Source of the DNA: a virus
Taxonomy: Duplodnaviria; Caudoviricetes
DNA: 35,627 nucleotides
Virus record (IMG/VR): IMGVR_UViG_3300032295_001520
Span: 1 to 35,627 of that record
Reading direction: 5' to 3' (one strand)
The notes beneath the pieces were generated by a model that ran no database searches, was not told the DNA's origin, and worked only from the letters and a program-made list of their open reading frames with translations. Numbering within the stretch: position 1 is the first letter of the stretch; every line of letters begins with the position of its first letter. Below, one piece after another: positions 25,918 through 33,470 of this stretch. The position numbers and the translations under genes are program-made.

Positions 25918-26408
25918 AAAGGTGGGGCTGCTTAAAAATTAAGAATTGCATTGTTGCCAAATCTTTCTATTGCATATGCATCATATGCTTTTGCCGCTTC
26001 CTCTATTTCAGCAAAATAACCAATAGTTTTTTTATTTCCATTTATGCTAACTTGCACACGATATGGTTTTGTTCTTTTCTTATCTGAAGCAAAAGAAACA
26101 CCAATATAATTTAATGATCTTCCTCTATTTGTATTGGCTTTATTCATTTGCCTAGAAACAATTCGCAAATTTTCCAATCTATTATCAAGACCATTACCAT
26201 TAATATGATCAACAATTTCTTTTGGCTTGGCTCCAATTACAAGTCTATGAATATAAATTTTTCCAGTTCTTAAGTAATATATATTTTTATTTTTTTGAAC
26301 ACTAAGTTTTTTATGTTTAATTTCTTCATAAAATTTATCATCAAAAAATACATTATGATTATTTATTGATAAAGTAATCATGTTTATCTCTATAAAAAAG
26401 GTGGGGCT
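25918..26408. mobile_element. AT-rich HNH-AP2 cassette bounded by 12-bp direct repeats AAAGGTGGGGCT
   Basis: Repeats at 25918-25929 and 26397-26408. Confidence 0.6.
25932..26381 (-). CDS. HNH-AP2 homing endonuclease-like protein
   Basis: YIHRLVI...VDHINGNGLDNRLENLR (HNH) plus YIGVS...IGYFAEIEEAAKAYD (AP2). Markedly AT-rich versus its flanks. Confidence 0.9.
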   Translation of the reverse strand: MITLSINNHNVFFDDKFYEEIKHKKLSVQKNKNIYYLRTGKIYIHRLVIGAKPKEIVDHINGNGLDNRLENLRIVSRQMNKANTNRGRSLNYIGVSFASDKKRTKPYRVQVSINGNKKTIGYFAEIEEAAKAYDAYAIERFGNNAILNF

Positions 26409-26466
26409 AATCGCTGCGTCCAACAATCAGAGGGGAGTAATGATTGCCAGCATCCGCTTTTGCCCC
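26403..26466 (-). ncRNA. candidate structured RNA with an anti-Shine-Dalgarno-like loop
   Basis: Closing stem GGGGC/GCCCC; inner stem CUGGCAAUCA/UGAUUGUUGG; loop UUACUCCCCUC. Confidence 0.5.
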
Positions 26467-26472
26467 GTAAAC

Positions 26473-26619
26473 TTAAAAGCAGTTTGTGTTGCAATTGCCA
26501 CCATAACAGCAGGTGGTGCAAGTGACGTATCTGCCATTGTAATAATATGAATGTGTGGTGCAATTAGCCCATGCCAAAATGGTGGTGCCTGCCAACATAA
26601 GCCCAACTAAGTATTTCAT
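26473..26619 (-). CDS. small secreted Cys-rich peptide (48 aa)
   Basis: Translated by hand: MKYLVGLMLAGTTILAWA|NCTTHSYYYNGRYVTCTTCCYGGNCNTNCF. Strong SD GGAGGA. Confidence 0.8.
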   Translation of the reverse strand: MKYLVGLMLAGTTILAWANCTTHSYYYNGRYVTCTTCCYGGNCNTNCF

Positions 26620-26630
26620 TTTATCCTCCG

Positions 26631-27044
26631 TCAAAAAGGAATATCATCATTAAATTCAGCTTCGGGTTGCTTTGTTGCTTTGGGTACTGCCTTGGGTGTT
26701 GCCTGATCCGGCGCTTTGCCAATCATTGTGAATGAATCCGAAATGATCTCAAATGCAACGCGCTCGACACCGTTTTTGTCGGTGTATTTCTTGCTGCGAA
26801 TTTTGCCTTCGACATAGATTTGACTGCCTTTTGATAGATACTGCGCGGCAATTTCCGCTGGCTTACCAAACACGCCGATGCGGTGCCATTCGGTTGCTTC
26901 GCGTTTTTCGCCGGTGGCGCGGTCTTTCCATGTTTCGCTGGTCGCAAGGCTTAGATTGACCACCGCTTCGCCGCTGCTGGTGTAACGCAGTTCCGGGTTT
27001 TGCCCCAAAAACCCAAGCAAAATTACTTTATTGACGGATGCCAT
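26631..27044 (-). CDS. ssb: single-stranded DNA-binding protein
   Basis: [11 protein letters not shown]...TEWHR...[11 protein letters not shown]; C-terminal DDIPF. Confidence 0.97.
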   Translation of the reverse strand: MASVNKVILLGFLGQNPELRYTSSGEAVVNLSLATSETWKDRATGEKREATEWHRIGVFGKPAEIAAQYLSKGSQIYVEGKIRSKKYTDKNGVERVAFEIISDSFTMIGKAPDQATPKAVPKATKQPEAEFNDDIPF

Positions 27045-27054
27045 ATTTTTCCTT

Positions 27055-27162
27055 TTAGAAACTCACAAATTTAATGATGTTGATCACAAGCCCGATCCAG
27101 ATACCGACAAACCCGGCGCTGACAAAATACATTAACAACGCTGCAATAAAATTTTCTCGCAT
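27055..27162 (-). CDS. small single-TM peptide (35 aa)
   Basis: Translated by hand: [35 protein letters not shown]. Fills the gp157-ssb gap. Confidence 0.55.
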   Translation of the reverse strand: MRENFIAALLMYFVSAGFVGIWIGLVINIIKFVSF

Positions 27163-27169
27163 GATTTTC

Positions 27170-27661
27170 TCACTTGATACGGACACTTTTTTTGCGCTCA
27201 AGGCGGCAACCATCAACGATTAACCCAAGTTGGATATCCTTTTTTAAGCCAGCTTTATCTAGCACTGGGTCTTGCGGCTTCCAATATTCCGGCGGTATCG
27301 CAGCATCGGATTCGACGATCAGCGATTCGGGATTGTCGCGCAAGGCAATCACAAAGTAAGGCGATTCAATCTTTGATATGCCGGTTGCTTCCATGTTTTG
27401 CAGCAGGTAGTTTTTCATCCAATCCATCTTGCGCTCGATAGATTTGCGTCTTGCTGCCATTTCGGTTTCGGCGGCTTTGATCGCTTCGGCGGTCGTTTCC
27501 ATGTTGCGGATGACCATCGCCACATTGGTCGCTTTATCCTGAATTGCCCCTTGCATCGTTTCAAGCAGTTCGATGGCTTGTTGTTCGTCAAGGTCGCTGT
27601 TTTGGATATGCTCCAGATCGCGGCGATATTGGGCGGTTAATTCGTATAATGTGATATTCAT
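27170..27661 (-). CDS. Siphovirus Gp157-family protein
   Basis: TLYEL start, coiled coil, MKNYLLQNM...IPPEY...LDKAGLK...SVRIK. Start moved to ATG 27661. Confidence 0.88.
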   Translation of the reverse strand: MNITLYELTAQYRRDLEHIQNSDLDEQQAIELLETMQGAIQDKATNVAMVIRNMETTAEAIKAAETEMAARRKSIERKMDWMKNYLLQNMEATGISKIESPYFVIALRDNPESLIVESDAAIPPEYWKPQDPVLDKAGLKKDIQLGLIVDGCRLERKKSVRIK

Positions 27662-28071
27662 ATATTTTTTTCCTTTAGCTTGGCTTCGATGGCGCAGGCA
27701 AAGTTTCCCCAATTTGGGTTTGACAAATGTATCTCTTGTATTTCGTACGCCGTCAACCCCTGCCATTCGCGCATCTTCTTCAAACTCACGCAAATACCGC
27801 ACAACGCCCCATCGTTGGCAACGATACCGTCACCGCAACTGCAATAGACGCGCTGTGGTGGGGCGTTGACGGTCAAGATGCCATCCTGCTTTGCTCCGCA
27901 CTTTGTGCATTCAACTTTCATCAGGTACTTGTCTGCCACCGGCTCCGGTTCAGGCTGCGCGAGTCGGGTGCGGAGAATCTCGATAAAGTCGATTGGGTCG
28001 CCAACAAGTCCAACGTAGTCTTGCAAATGATCCAGCACCTGCTGCGCTTCCTCGCGGGTTAGTGTGATCAT
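27658..28071 (-). CDS. mosaic hypothetical protein with CxxC motifs
   Basis: AQPEPEPVA...REWQGLT...AIEAKLKEKN framework with inserted CTKC, CSC and CGIC. Confidence 0.7.
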   Translation of the reverse strand: MITLTREEAQQVLDHLQDYVGLVGDPIDFIEILRTRLAQPEPEPVADKYLMKVECTKCGAKQDGILTVNAPPQRVYCSCGDGIVANDGALCGICVSLKKMREWQGLTAYEIQEIHLSNPNWGNFACAIEAKLKEKNI

Positions 28072-28691
28072 GCTTGACCACCTAGCATTTCGGCTTTCTT
28101 GGCATCATAGATTCGCTTGAATGTCGCTGCGGCATCGCCATCGTTGGCAGCTTTGGCGGCGGCATAGGCTTTGGCAAAGTTTTCTTTGAGCGATTCCATA
28201 GCAACGCAGTCTTTCATGGCGATTGAGTAATCCGCAACAACCGATTCGGGCAATGCGCTGATGATTTGGTGCGTTTGCGCGTCTGCATCGTTATCACCTT
28301 CGGTCGGTATGGCAAACGCTTGGAAAGCGGCATATTTGTAAGCGGCTGACATGGCTTTGTTGGTTGCCTTGTCGGACATATCCATTGCTTCGCCAAAAGT
28401 GCGCACCGTATGCTTGCTGCCATCTTCGGCAGATACAAAATCGAACTCAGCTTCGACGGTCACATAAAAGATGGCGCTGCCTTTGGCTGTTTGGCGCTCA
28501 AGACATTGGCGGCTGATCATCCGGGGCAGGATACAAAGCCCGTGTTTAGCAAGCAGCGGCGAGATGGCGTTGTAAACATCGTCAATGCCCCTGAACTTGT
28601 AAGTGTTGCCTTGCTGATTGGTGCGGTCTTTGGCGATGCCTTGCTTGGCTAAATCAGACTGCACTAGGTTGATGGCTTGATAGACTTTCAT
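28068..28691 (-). CDS. erf: ERF-family ssDNA-annealing recombinase
   Basis: YKFRGIDDV...GEAMDMSDKATNKAMSAAYKYA...IPTEGDNDAD. Confidence 0.9.
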   Translation of the reverse strand: MKVYQAINLVQSDLAKQGIAKDRTNQQGNTYKFRGIDDVYNAISPLLAKHGLCILPRMISRQCLERQTAKGSAIFYVTVEAEFDFVSAEDGSKHTVRTFGEAMDMSDKATNKAMSAAYKYAAFQAFAIPTEGDNDADAQTHQIISALPESVVADYSIAMKDCVAMESLKENFAKAYAAAKAANDGDAAATFKRIYDAKKAEMLGGQA

Positions 28692-28890
28692 CGCTGATTT
28701 CCCTTTTCACGTTAAATGGATTTTCATCTACTAATGATTCAATACCGGCAACCGTAATCTTGCGGAAGTTTGCCCATTTCCTCTGATATGCCGGGTCTTG
28801 CGTGGGCGGAATCCAACCGTACAAAGTGCGCCACCGGATCGTGACATCGGTGGTCGCTGGCGTGTAAATGTAGTGGTCGAAATCTTTCAT
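28654..28890 (-). CDS. hypothetical protein
   Basis: YTPATTDVTIRWR...GWIPPT; SD GAGGA; start moved to ATG 28890. Confidence 0.68.
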   Translation of the reverse strand: MKDFDHYIYTPATTDVTIRWRTLYGWIPPTQDPAYQRKWANFRKITVAGIESLVDENPFNVKREISDESLSSHQPSAV

Positions 28891-28997
28891 TTTGGAATTT
28901 CCTCTAGGTAACAAACCAAAATAAACAATAACACAGCGCAAACCAGCATCACTTTTGGGTGCCGGGCAAGCCAATCGTCGGTGGATAGTAATTTCAT
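28887..28997 (-). CDS. small single-TM peptide (36 aa)
   Basis: Translated by hand: MKLLSTDDWLARHPKVMLVCAVLLFILVCYLEEIPK. SD GTGAGGA; ATGA coupling. Confidence 0.65.
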   Translation of the reverse strand: MKLLSTDDWLARHPKVMLVCAVLLFILVCYLEEIPK

Positions 28998-29045
28998 AAT
29001 TTTCCTCACTTGGTAATGCCCGGCTTTCGCCGGGCGGGTTAATTA
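28991..29045 (-). repeat. 55-bp intergenic repeat copy 1 (stop-hairpin-SD-start unit)
   Basis: 51/55 identical to 29225-29279; hairpin GCCCGGC-GAAA-GCCGGGC. Confidence 0.92.
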
Positions 29046-29231
29046 ATAGTCAAGCGGAGAAACCGCCGGATAATTCATTCTCATGCGCGGATCAAATTCA
29101 AATGAATCCATGAATTCCCGCAAATCGCTTAGAGATTGAAACCAGTAGTGCTGGTAGCTAACAGATAGCAGGTAATGATGCTCAATCAGCTTTGAATCGA
29201 AGCAGTCTGTGTATTTGTATGCGTATTTCAT
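29043..29231 (-). CDS. hypothetical protein (62 aa) between the 55-bp repeats
   Basis: ATG 29231 lies within repeat copy 2 after SD GTGAGGA; the stop lies within copy 1. Confidence 0.7.
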   Translation of the reverse strand: MKYAYKYTDCFDSKLIEHHYLLSVSYQHYWFQSLSDLREFMDSFEFDPRMRMNYPAVSPLDY

Positions 29232-29279
29232 AATTTTCCTCACTTAGTGATGCCCGGCTTGCGCCGGGCTGGTTAATTA
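29225..29279 (-). repeat. 55-bp intergenic repeat copy 2
   Basis: Hairpin GCCCGGC-GCAA-GCCGGGC followed by AAGTGAGGAAAATTATGAAAT. Confidence 0.92.
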
Positions 29280-30245
29280 CGCAGCCAACAATAAATTCAT
29301 GGCGTTGGTTTTTAAATTTGAACCTTGCTTAAACCATGCATTGTCCAGACGAGCATCGGGGCTACGATTGGGTGCGTGATGATCAACGTATTCGGTCACG
29401 GCATTTAATAATTGCCAACCGGTGCCTTGAATGCCTTTGATGTCGCTTCCGATTGCGCCGCCATCAAACAATTCCAAAATTCTTTTGTATGCGCGATTGG
29501 TTTTGATGTCTTTTTCATTCATTTCATAATATTTTGAATTTAGCAATTCGCCCATAAACTGATCAAATTTGTTGCTGTTAATTTGTTGTTTTGCTAAATG
29601 TTTGGTTTGTTCCATAAACATTGAAAACGAATCGTGAACAATACCCAGTTGGTTGTATACGTTGTCTGCAATGAAATTTGTGCTGTGTGGAATTGAAACC
29701 ACGTTTGATTTGTCACGATCAGCCAAAGCAATTGTATTGGCGCACACCACACGGATATTGGTTTCGCGAGCAGTCGTTGCCATGCCTTTATCGTAAGATG
29801 TTGCCAGCAATACATATTTGGCAACGGGATCGCCGTTTAAAACTTCTTGCACTTTGCCCGTTTCGGCTAATGCCCAAATGCGTTTGCCGCCTTTTAACGA
29901 TCCGGCTGTGTGCAATTTATAGCCTTGGCTTTCAACCAATTTATTGAAAAAATCCAAAACTTCGATTGGTTGGACAATTTTGTATCGTTTGGAAACAACC
30001 GACATTGCTTCGTTATTGTCGGATCGATACAAAACTTCTTGCCCGTCAAATAAATGCGGTTTTGCATCATCGCCAACAAATTGCACACCAGCGCGTTTAA
30101 TTTCCCAATCAAGTCCTGCAGCTGTGCGCCATGTTTCCAGATCAGCGCCATCATCCAATTTTTGCCCCAAGCCATGCCACGGGGTTTGACCTGTCCAAGC
30201 AATTTCTACAAAGCCATTTTCACGAGTGGTTAATTGATGAGCCAT
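29277..30245 (-). CDS. DUF932 (phage/plasmid TIGR03299-like) protein
   Basis: TPWHGLG, AGLDW, TAGSLKGGKRIW, RVVCANT, TGWQLLNAVTEYVDH. Confidence 0.9.
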   Translation of the reverse strand: MAHQLTTRENGFVEIAWTGQTPWHGLGQKLDDGADLETWRTAAGLDWEIKRAGVQFVGDDAKPHLFDGQEVLYRSDNNEAMSVVSKRYKIVQPIEVLDFFNKLVESQGYKLHTAGSLKGGKRIWALAETGKVQEVLNGDPVAKYVLLATSYDKGMATTARETNIRVVCANTIALADRDKSNVVSIPHSTNFIADNVYNQLGIVHDSFSMFMEQTKHLAKQQINSNKFDQFMGELLNSKYYEMNEKDIKTNRAYKRILELFDGGAIGSDIKGIQGTGWQLLNAVTEYVDHHAPNRSPDARLDNAWFKQGSNLKTNAMNLLLAA

Positions 30246-30294
30246 TTTGATTTCCTCACTTAGTAACCCGCTGCGGTCGCTGCGGTATGACTAC

Positions 30295-30323
30295 ATATTG
30301 ATGGAAATTTGCACTTGCCGCAA
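30295..30323 (-). promoter_or_regulatory. candidate leftward early promoter
   Basis: Minus strand TTGCGG-17 nt-CAATAT upstream of the DUF932 leader, in the divergent AT-rich region. Confidence 0.35.
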
Positions 30324-30415
30324 GGTTATTTTTGCGTATTCCTCAAGAAAACATCAATTTTTAATGTTAAATATGCAACATTTATTGCAATAAAACAAAC
30401 AAAACAAGCAAAAAC

Positions 30416-30445
30416 TTGCAACATTTTTTGAAATACGACAATAAT
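30416..30445 (+). promoter_or_regulatory. candidate rightward early promoter
   Basis: TTGCAA-18 nt-AATAAT upstream of ATG 30481. Confidence 0.4.
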
Positions 30446-30480
30446 TGCGCTGCCATCAATCAATAACGAAAAGGGCAAGA

Positions 30481-30846
30481 ATGAATATTCCGCGATTTGG
30501 TTCAAAAAGCTTTGCAGTGTTGGAATGCTTTGTTGATCAACCAGTGATGGAAGTTGAACACGCGATCAAAATGATGAGGCATTTGTGTTGGCGTGACGCA
30601 AGATCGGATGCGACTCGATTGCTGCGCGATGCGGTCGCAAAAAATTACCTAGTGTTGGCATTTGGAAAGTATCGATTGAATGACGAAATCAAACCGGCAG
30701 TGATTCGGGTAGTGGAAACAAAGCGCGAAGCTAAAAAGAAAACCCTTGTACAACCGGCATATAGAAATATTTGGTCGGAAGAAATGCAGGGCTATACGGC
30801 TTCGCTTTATCGAAACAAACGAGGATACGAGGGAAAATACAAATGA
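30481..30846 (+). CDS. hypothetical, possibly winged-helix DNA-binding protein
   Basis: First rightward gene; helix-helix-hairpin-like pattern (ATRLLRDAVAKNYLVLAFGKYRL). Confidence 0.6.
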   Translation: MNIPRFGSKSFAVLECFVDQPVMEVEHAIKMMRHLCWRDARSDATRLLRDAVAKNYLVLAFGKYRLNDEIKPAVIRVVETKREAKKKTLVQPAYRNIWSEEMQGYTASLYRNKRGYEGKYK

Positions 30847-31091
30847 CACTTGACGAATTTTTGACGCAGCATGGCGCAGCCAAACGCTTGGCTCAAAAAA
30901 CCGGAATTTCACCACCGGAAATTTCGCGCATTCGAAATGGCAAAAAGCGCATCACATTCCAAAATGCTGCCTTGATCGAATACGGCACCGATGGCGCAAT
31001 TAAGATGGAACAATTGCTTGATGATGCGCAGGAAAGAATCGTCGCTGGCTTTATTCGGGGCAACCATGTACCGCAACCAGCGACTACTTAA
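30843..31091 (+). CDS. Cro-like HTH transcriptional regulator
   Basis: MTLDEFL...AKRLAQKTGISPPEISRIRNGKKR...AALIEYGTDGAI. Confidence 0.85.
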   Translation: MTLDEFLTQHGAAKRLAQKTGISPPEISRIRNGKKRITFQNAALIEYGTDGAIKMEQLLDDAQERIVAGFIRGNHVPQPATT

Positions 31092-31368
31092 CGCAGCACA
31101 CGGGCAAGAATGTCAGATTAGATTGCCAAGCATTTGCACCAACAACCCGGAAACGGTGGTCGCTGCGCATTCGAACCAGCTTAAGCATGGCAAGGGCGGC
31201 GGCTTAAAGGCGCACGATTGCTATATCGCGTGGGCTTGCTACGATTGCCACATGGAATTGGATCAAGGCAATAAGTTTCGGTACGACGAAAAATGCGATT
31301 ATTGGCAAGCAGGTTTTGAGCGAACAATTTTGCAAATGTTTTTGCTTGGCATATTGAAGGTTGCGTAA
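31066..31368 (+). CDS. DUF1364/YbcO-like His-Me finger nuclease
   Basis: CQIRLPSIC...ETVVAAHSN...KAHD...ACYDCH. Confidence 0.85.
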   Translation: MYRNQRLLNAAHGQECQIRLPSICTNNPETVVAAHSNQLKHGKGGGLKAHDCYIAWACYDCHMELDQGNKFRYDEKCDYWQAGFERTILQMFLLGILKVA

Positions 31369-31383
31369 AGTATAGAAAGAATA

Positions 31384-31411
31384 TTGCCGTATACGGTATT
31401 GACGCTATAAT
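31384..31411 (+). promoter_or_regulatory. sigma70-type promoter with palindromic operator candidate
   Basis: TTGCCG-16 nt-TATAAT; perfect palindrome CCGTATACGG at 31387-31396. Confidence 0.6.
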
Positions 31412-31417
31412 TTGGGC

Positions 31418-31466
31418 AAAGGCTAGGTTCGCTACCGAAAAGACAAACTCCCATTGTCCTGCCTTT
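31418..31466 (+). ncRNA. c4-like three-way-junction leader RNA upstream of the replication initiator
   Basis: P1 AAAGGC(U)AG/CUGCCUUU, P2 UUCG-CUAC-CGAA, P3 GACAA-ACUCCCA-UUGUC; followed by a U-rich tract. Confidence 0.58.
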
Positions 31467-31517
31467 TATCTTTTTTTTGGGATTTGCTGCGGCTGACGAC
31501 CGCTTGGGAAGGCAAAA

Positions 31518-32237
31518 ATGTACTATTATCAATTTCACATTGGCGACTATCGCGCCGCCACCAATCATCTTAGCAACGACGAAGATTTAGCATATCGTCG
31601 CTTGCTTGATATGTATTACGACACCGAAAAACCTATATCGCTGGATACCGAATGGGTTTCCAGACGGTTGCGATTGGCTTCCGAAACGGTTTTGTCAGTT
31701 CTCAAAGACTTTTTTATTTTGCAAGATGATGGGTGGTTCCATCCTAAGTGCGATTTAATAATTGCCCAATATCATGCTAATTCGGCAAAGAATAGGGAAA
31801 ATGGCAAGGGTGGTGGGCGACCGAAAAAAACCCAATGGGTTTCGGATGGGTTGCCACCGGGAATCGATTCGGAACCGGATGGAAAGGCAACCAATAACCA
31901 TAAACCAATAACCAATAACCAAGAACCAGTAGTAAAGGAAAAGACGCATCGCGCTTCGCGCTTGCCACAAGACTGGCAACCCAATGACCGGATGCTTGCA
32001 TTCTGCGAAAACGAGCGACCAGACTTAAACCCAATTGAAGTTGCTGCCACATTCCGCGATTATTGGCATTCGCAGGCAGGGCAAAAGGGCGTGAAAGCCG
32101 ATTGGGAAGCGACTTGGCGCAACTGGGTACGCAATCAGCGCATGGCAGCAAAATCGCCACAAAGAGCTGCAATCGGGTATCGTAGCCAAAACGAGTTGAT
32201 CGCGGCTGAACTTATTGCGGAATTGAAAAATGCATAA
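31518..32237 (+). CDS. replication initiator (DUF1376/YdaU N-terminus, DnaT-like C-terminus)
   Basis: MYYYQFHIGDY...AYRRLLDMYY...GKGGGRP; RLPQDWQP...FRDYW...DWEATWRNW. Confidence 0.88.
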   Translation: MYYYQFHIGDYRAATNHLSNDEDLAYRRLLDMYYDTEKPISLDTEWVSRRLRLASETVLSVLKDFFILQDDGWFHPKCDLIIAQYHANSAKNRENGKGGGRPKKTQWVSDGLPPGIDSEPDGKATNNHKPITNNQEPVVKEKTHRASRLPQDWQPNDRMLAFCENERPDLNPIEVAATFRDYWHSQAGQKGVKADWEATWRNWVRNQRMAAKSPQRAAIGYRSQNELIAAELIAELKNA

Positions 32238-32853
32238 CAACGACATCGACAAATTTTTTGTGATGCTGAACGGTATTTCCGACTATTACGGCAAGCAGAT
32301 CAGCAAGGGCGTGATGCGGCTTTATTGGGAAGGGTTGCGGCAATACGATTTCGAAGCGGTTGAAAAGGCATTTTGGACACATACGCAAAACCCGGACACC
32401 GGGCAGTTCATGCCAAAGATTGCGGATGTTGCAAAATACCTGAAGGGTCGAACGGTTGACCAAGCTTCGCAGGCATGGTCTAAGGTCGATAAGGCGATTC
32501 GGATGGTCGGAACATATCAGGATGTTGTTTTCGACGATCCAATCATTCACCGGGTGATTGAAGATATGGGCGGCTGGATCAGCTTCGGCAATAAGCGCGA
32601 GGATGAATGGCCTTTTGTGCAAAACCATTTTGAGAATCGCTATCGCGGCTTTGTGATGCGCGAGGAAATGCCGGAATATCAAGCCCGGCTAATTGGCATC
32701 GCTAACGCCCAAAACGCTCAAAACGGTTTTCCGCAAAATCTACCAGTGCTGATTGGCAATCGCGAGAAAGCCGAAGCAATCTTGAACGATGGAAGTAACC
32801 ATGTGTCGCTCGAATTTCAATCGGCGGCATCAAATTTGAAATATTTGCAATGA
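32230..32853 (+). CDS. replication protein / helicase-loader-like (DUF6475-like)
   Basis: YWEGLRQYD...FMPKIAD...AWSKV...FDDPIIHRVIEDMGGW; directly follows the initiator. Confidence 0.72.
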   Translation: MHNNDIDKFFVMLNGISDYYGKQISKGVMRLYWEGLRQYDFEAVEKAFWTHTQNPDTGQFMPKIADVAKYLKGRTVDQASQAWSKVDKAIRMVGTYQDVVFDDPIIHRVIEDMGGWISFGNKREDEWPFVQNHFENRYRGFVMREEMPEYQARLIGIANAQNAQNGFPQNLPVLIGNREKAEAILNDGSNHVSLEFQSAASNLKYLQ

Positions 32854-33038
32854 AGTGTATTGAATGTCGTTGGCTTGATCTGCGCAAAGACAAAACGATG
32901 TCGCAACACGGGTTTGGGCTTTGCTTGATGACGATGGCAACATTTTATTCGTTGGAAAAAGACCATGATTGCAGTAAATTCACAAAGGCAGAAGATGCCA
33001 AAATACAAAAGAGGATAGATTGGTATGACAAACGCTGA
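32850..33038 (+). CDS. small Cys-containing hypothetical protein
   Basis: CIEC...C...C; ATGA coupling. Confidence 0.65.
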   Translation: MKCIECRWLDLRKDKTMSQHGFGLCLMTMATFYSLEKDHDCSKFTKAEDAKIQKRIDWYDKR

Positions 33039-33186
33039 ATTTGCAGAGCAGGAATTATTTAGACTTAACCGCCAAACGCTGATCAGGTATTTGGAATTGA
33101 TGGTCAGTCGATGCGATTGGCATGGCGTATCGGATGCGGCGAATGATCTTCGGGTGCTGGAAGCTGAACACAAATACAAGCCATGA
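33025..33186 (+). CDS. hypothetical protein (53 aa)
   Basis: Translated by hand: MTNAEFAEQELFRLNRQTLIRYLELMVSRCDWHGVSDAANDLRVLEAEHKYKP. SD GAGGA; ATGA coupling. Confidence 0.65.
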   Translation: MTNAEFAEQELFRLNRQTLIRYLELMVSRCDWHGVSDAANDLRVLEAEHKYKP

Positions 33187-33470
33187 AAATTGCTCGCGTT
33201 GATGACAATCAAAAGCAGATAGTCAAATACCTGCGAGAGCATCACATATCGGTCGCGGTCACTAGCGGCATGGGTAAAGGTTTCCCCGACTTGGTGTGCG
33301 GTTACCGGGGCAAAAATATCTTGCTCGAAATTAAAGATGGCAAAAAACCGTTATCAGCGCAGGCACTTACACCGGAACAACATTTATGGCATCATGGCTG
33401 GAGAGGGCAGATTGCAGTAGTTAATTCGCCCGAAATGGCACTTGAAGCGGTATATAAGGCGGCAGAATGA
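33183..33470 (+). CDS. VRR-NUC-like PD-(D/E)xK nuclease (putative Holliday junction resolvase)
   Basis: ARVDDNQ...GFPDLV...LLEIKDG...LTPEQ. Confidence 0.85.
   Translation: MKIARVDDNQKQIVKYLREHHISVAVTSGMGKGFPDLVCGYRGKNILLEIKDGKKPLSAQALTPEQHLWHHGWRGQIAVVNSPEMALEAVYKAAE

Noticed and set aside
26440-26550. Plus-strand ORF following GAGGGGAG
   Set aside because: SD-to-ATG spacing is only 2 nt, and it is antisense to the well-supported Cys-rich peptide gene; better explained as the complement of the RNA loop.
28991-29279. 55-bp repeats as a CRISPR array or attachment sites
   Set aside because: Only two full copies, the spacer is an intact ORF, the repeats contain SD and start codons, and no cas or integrase genes are present.
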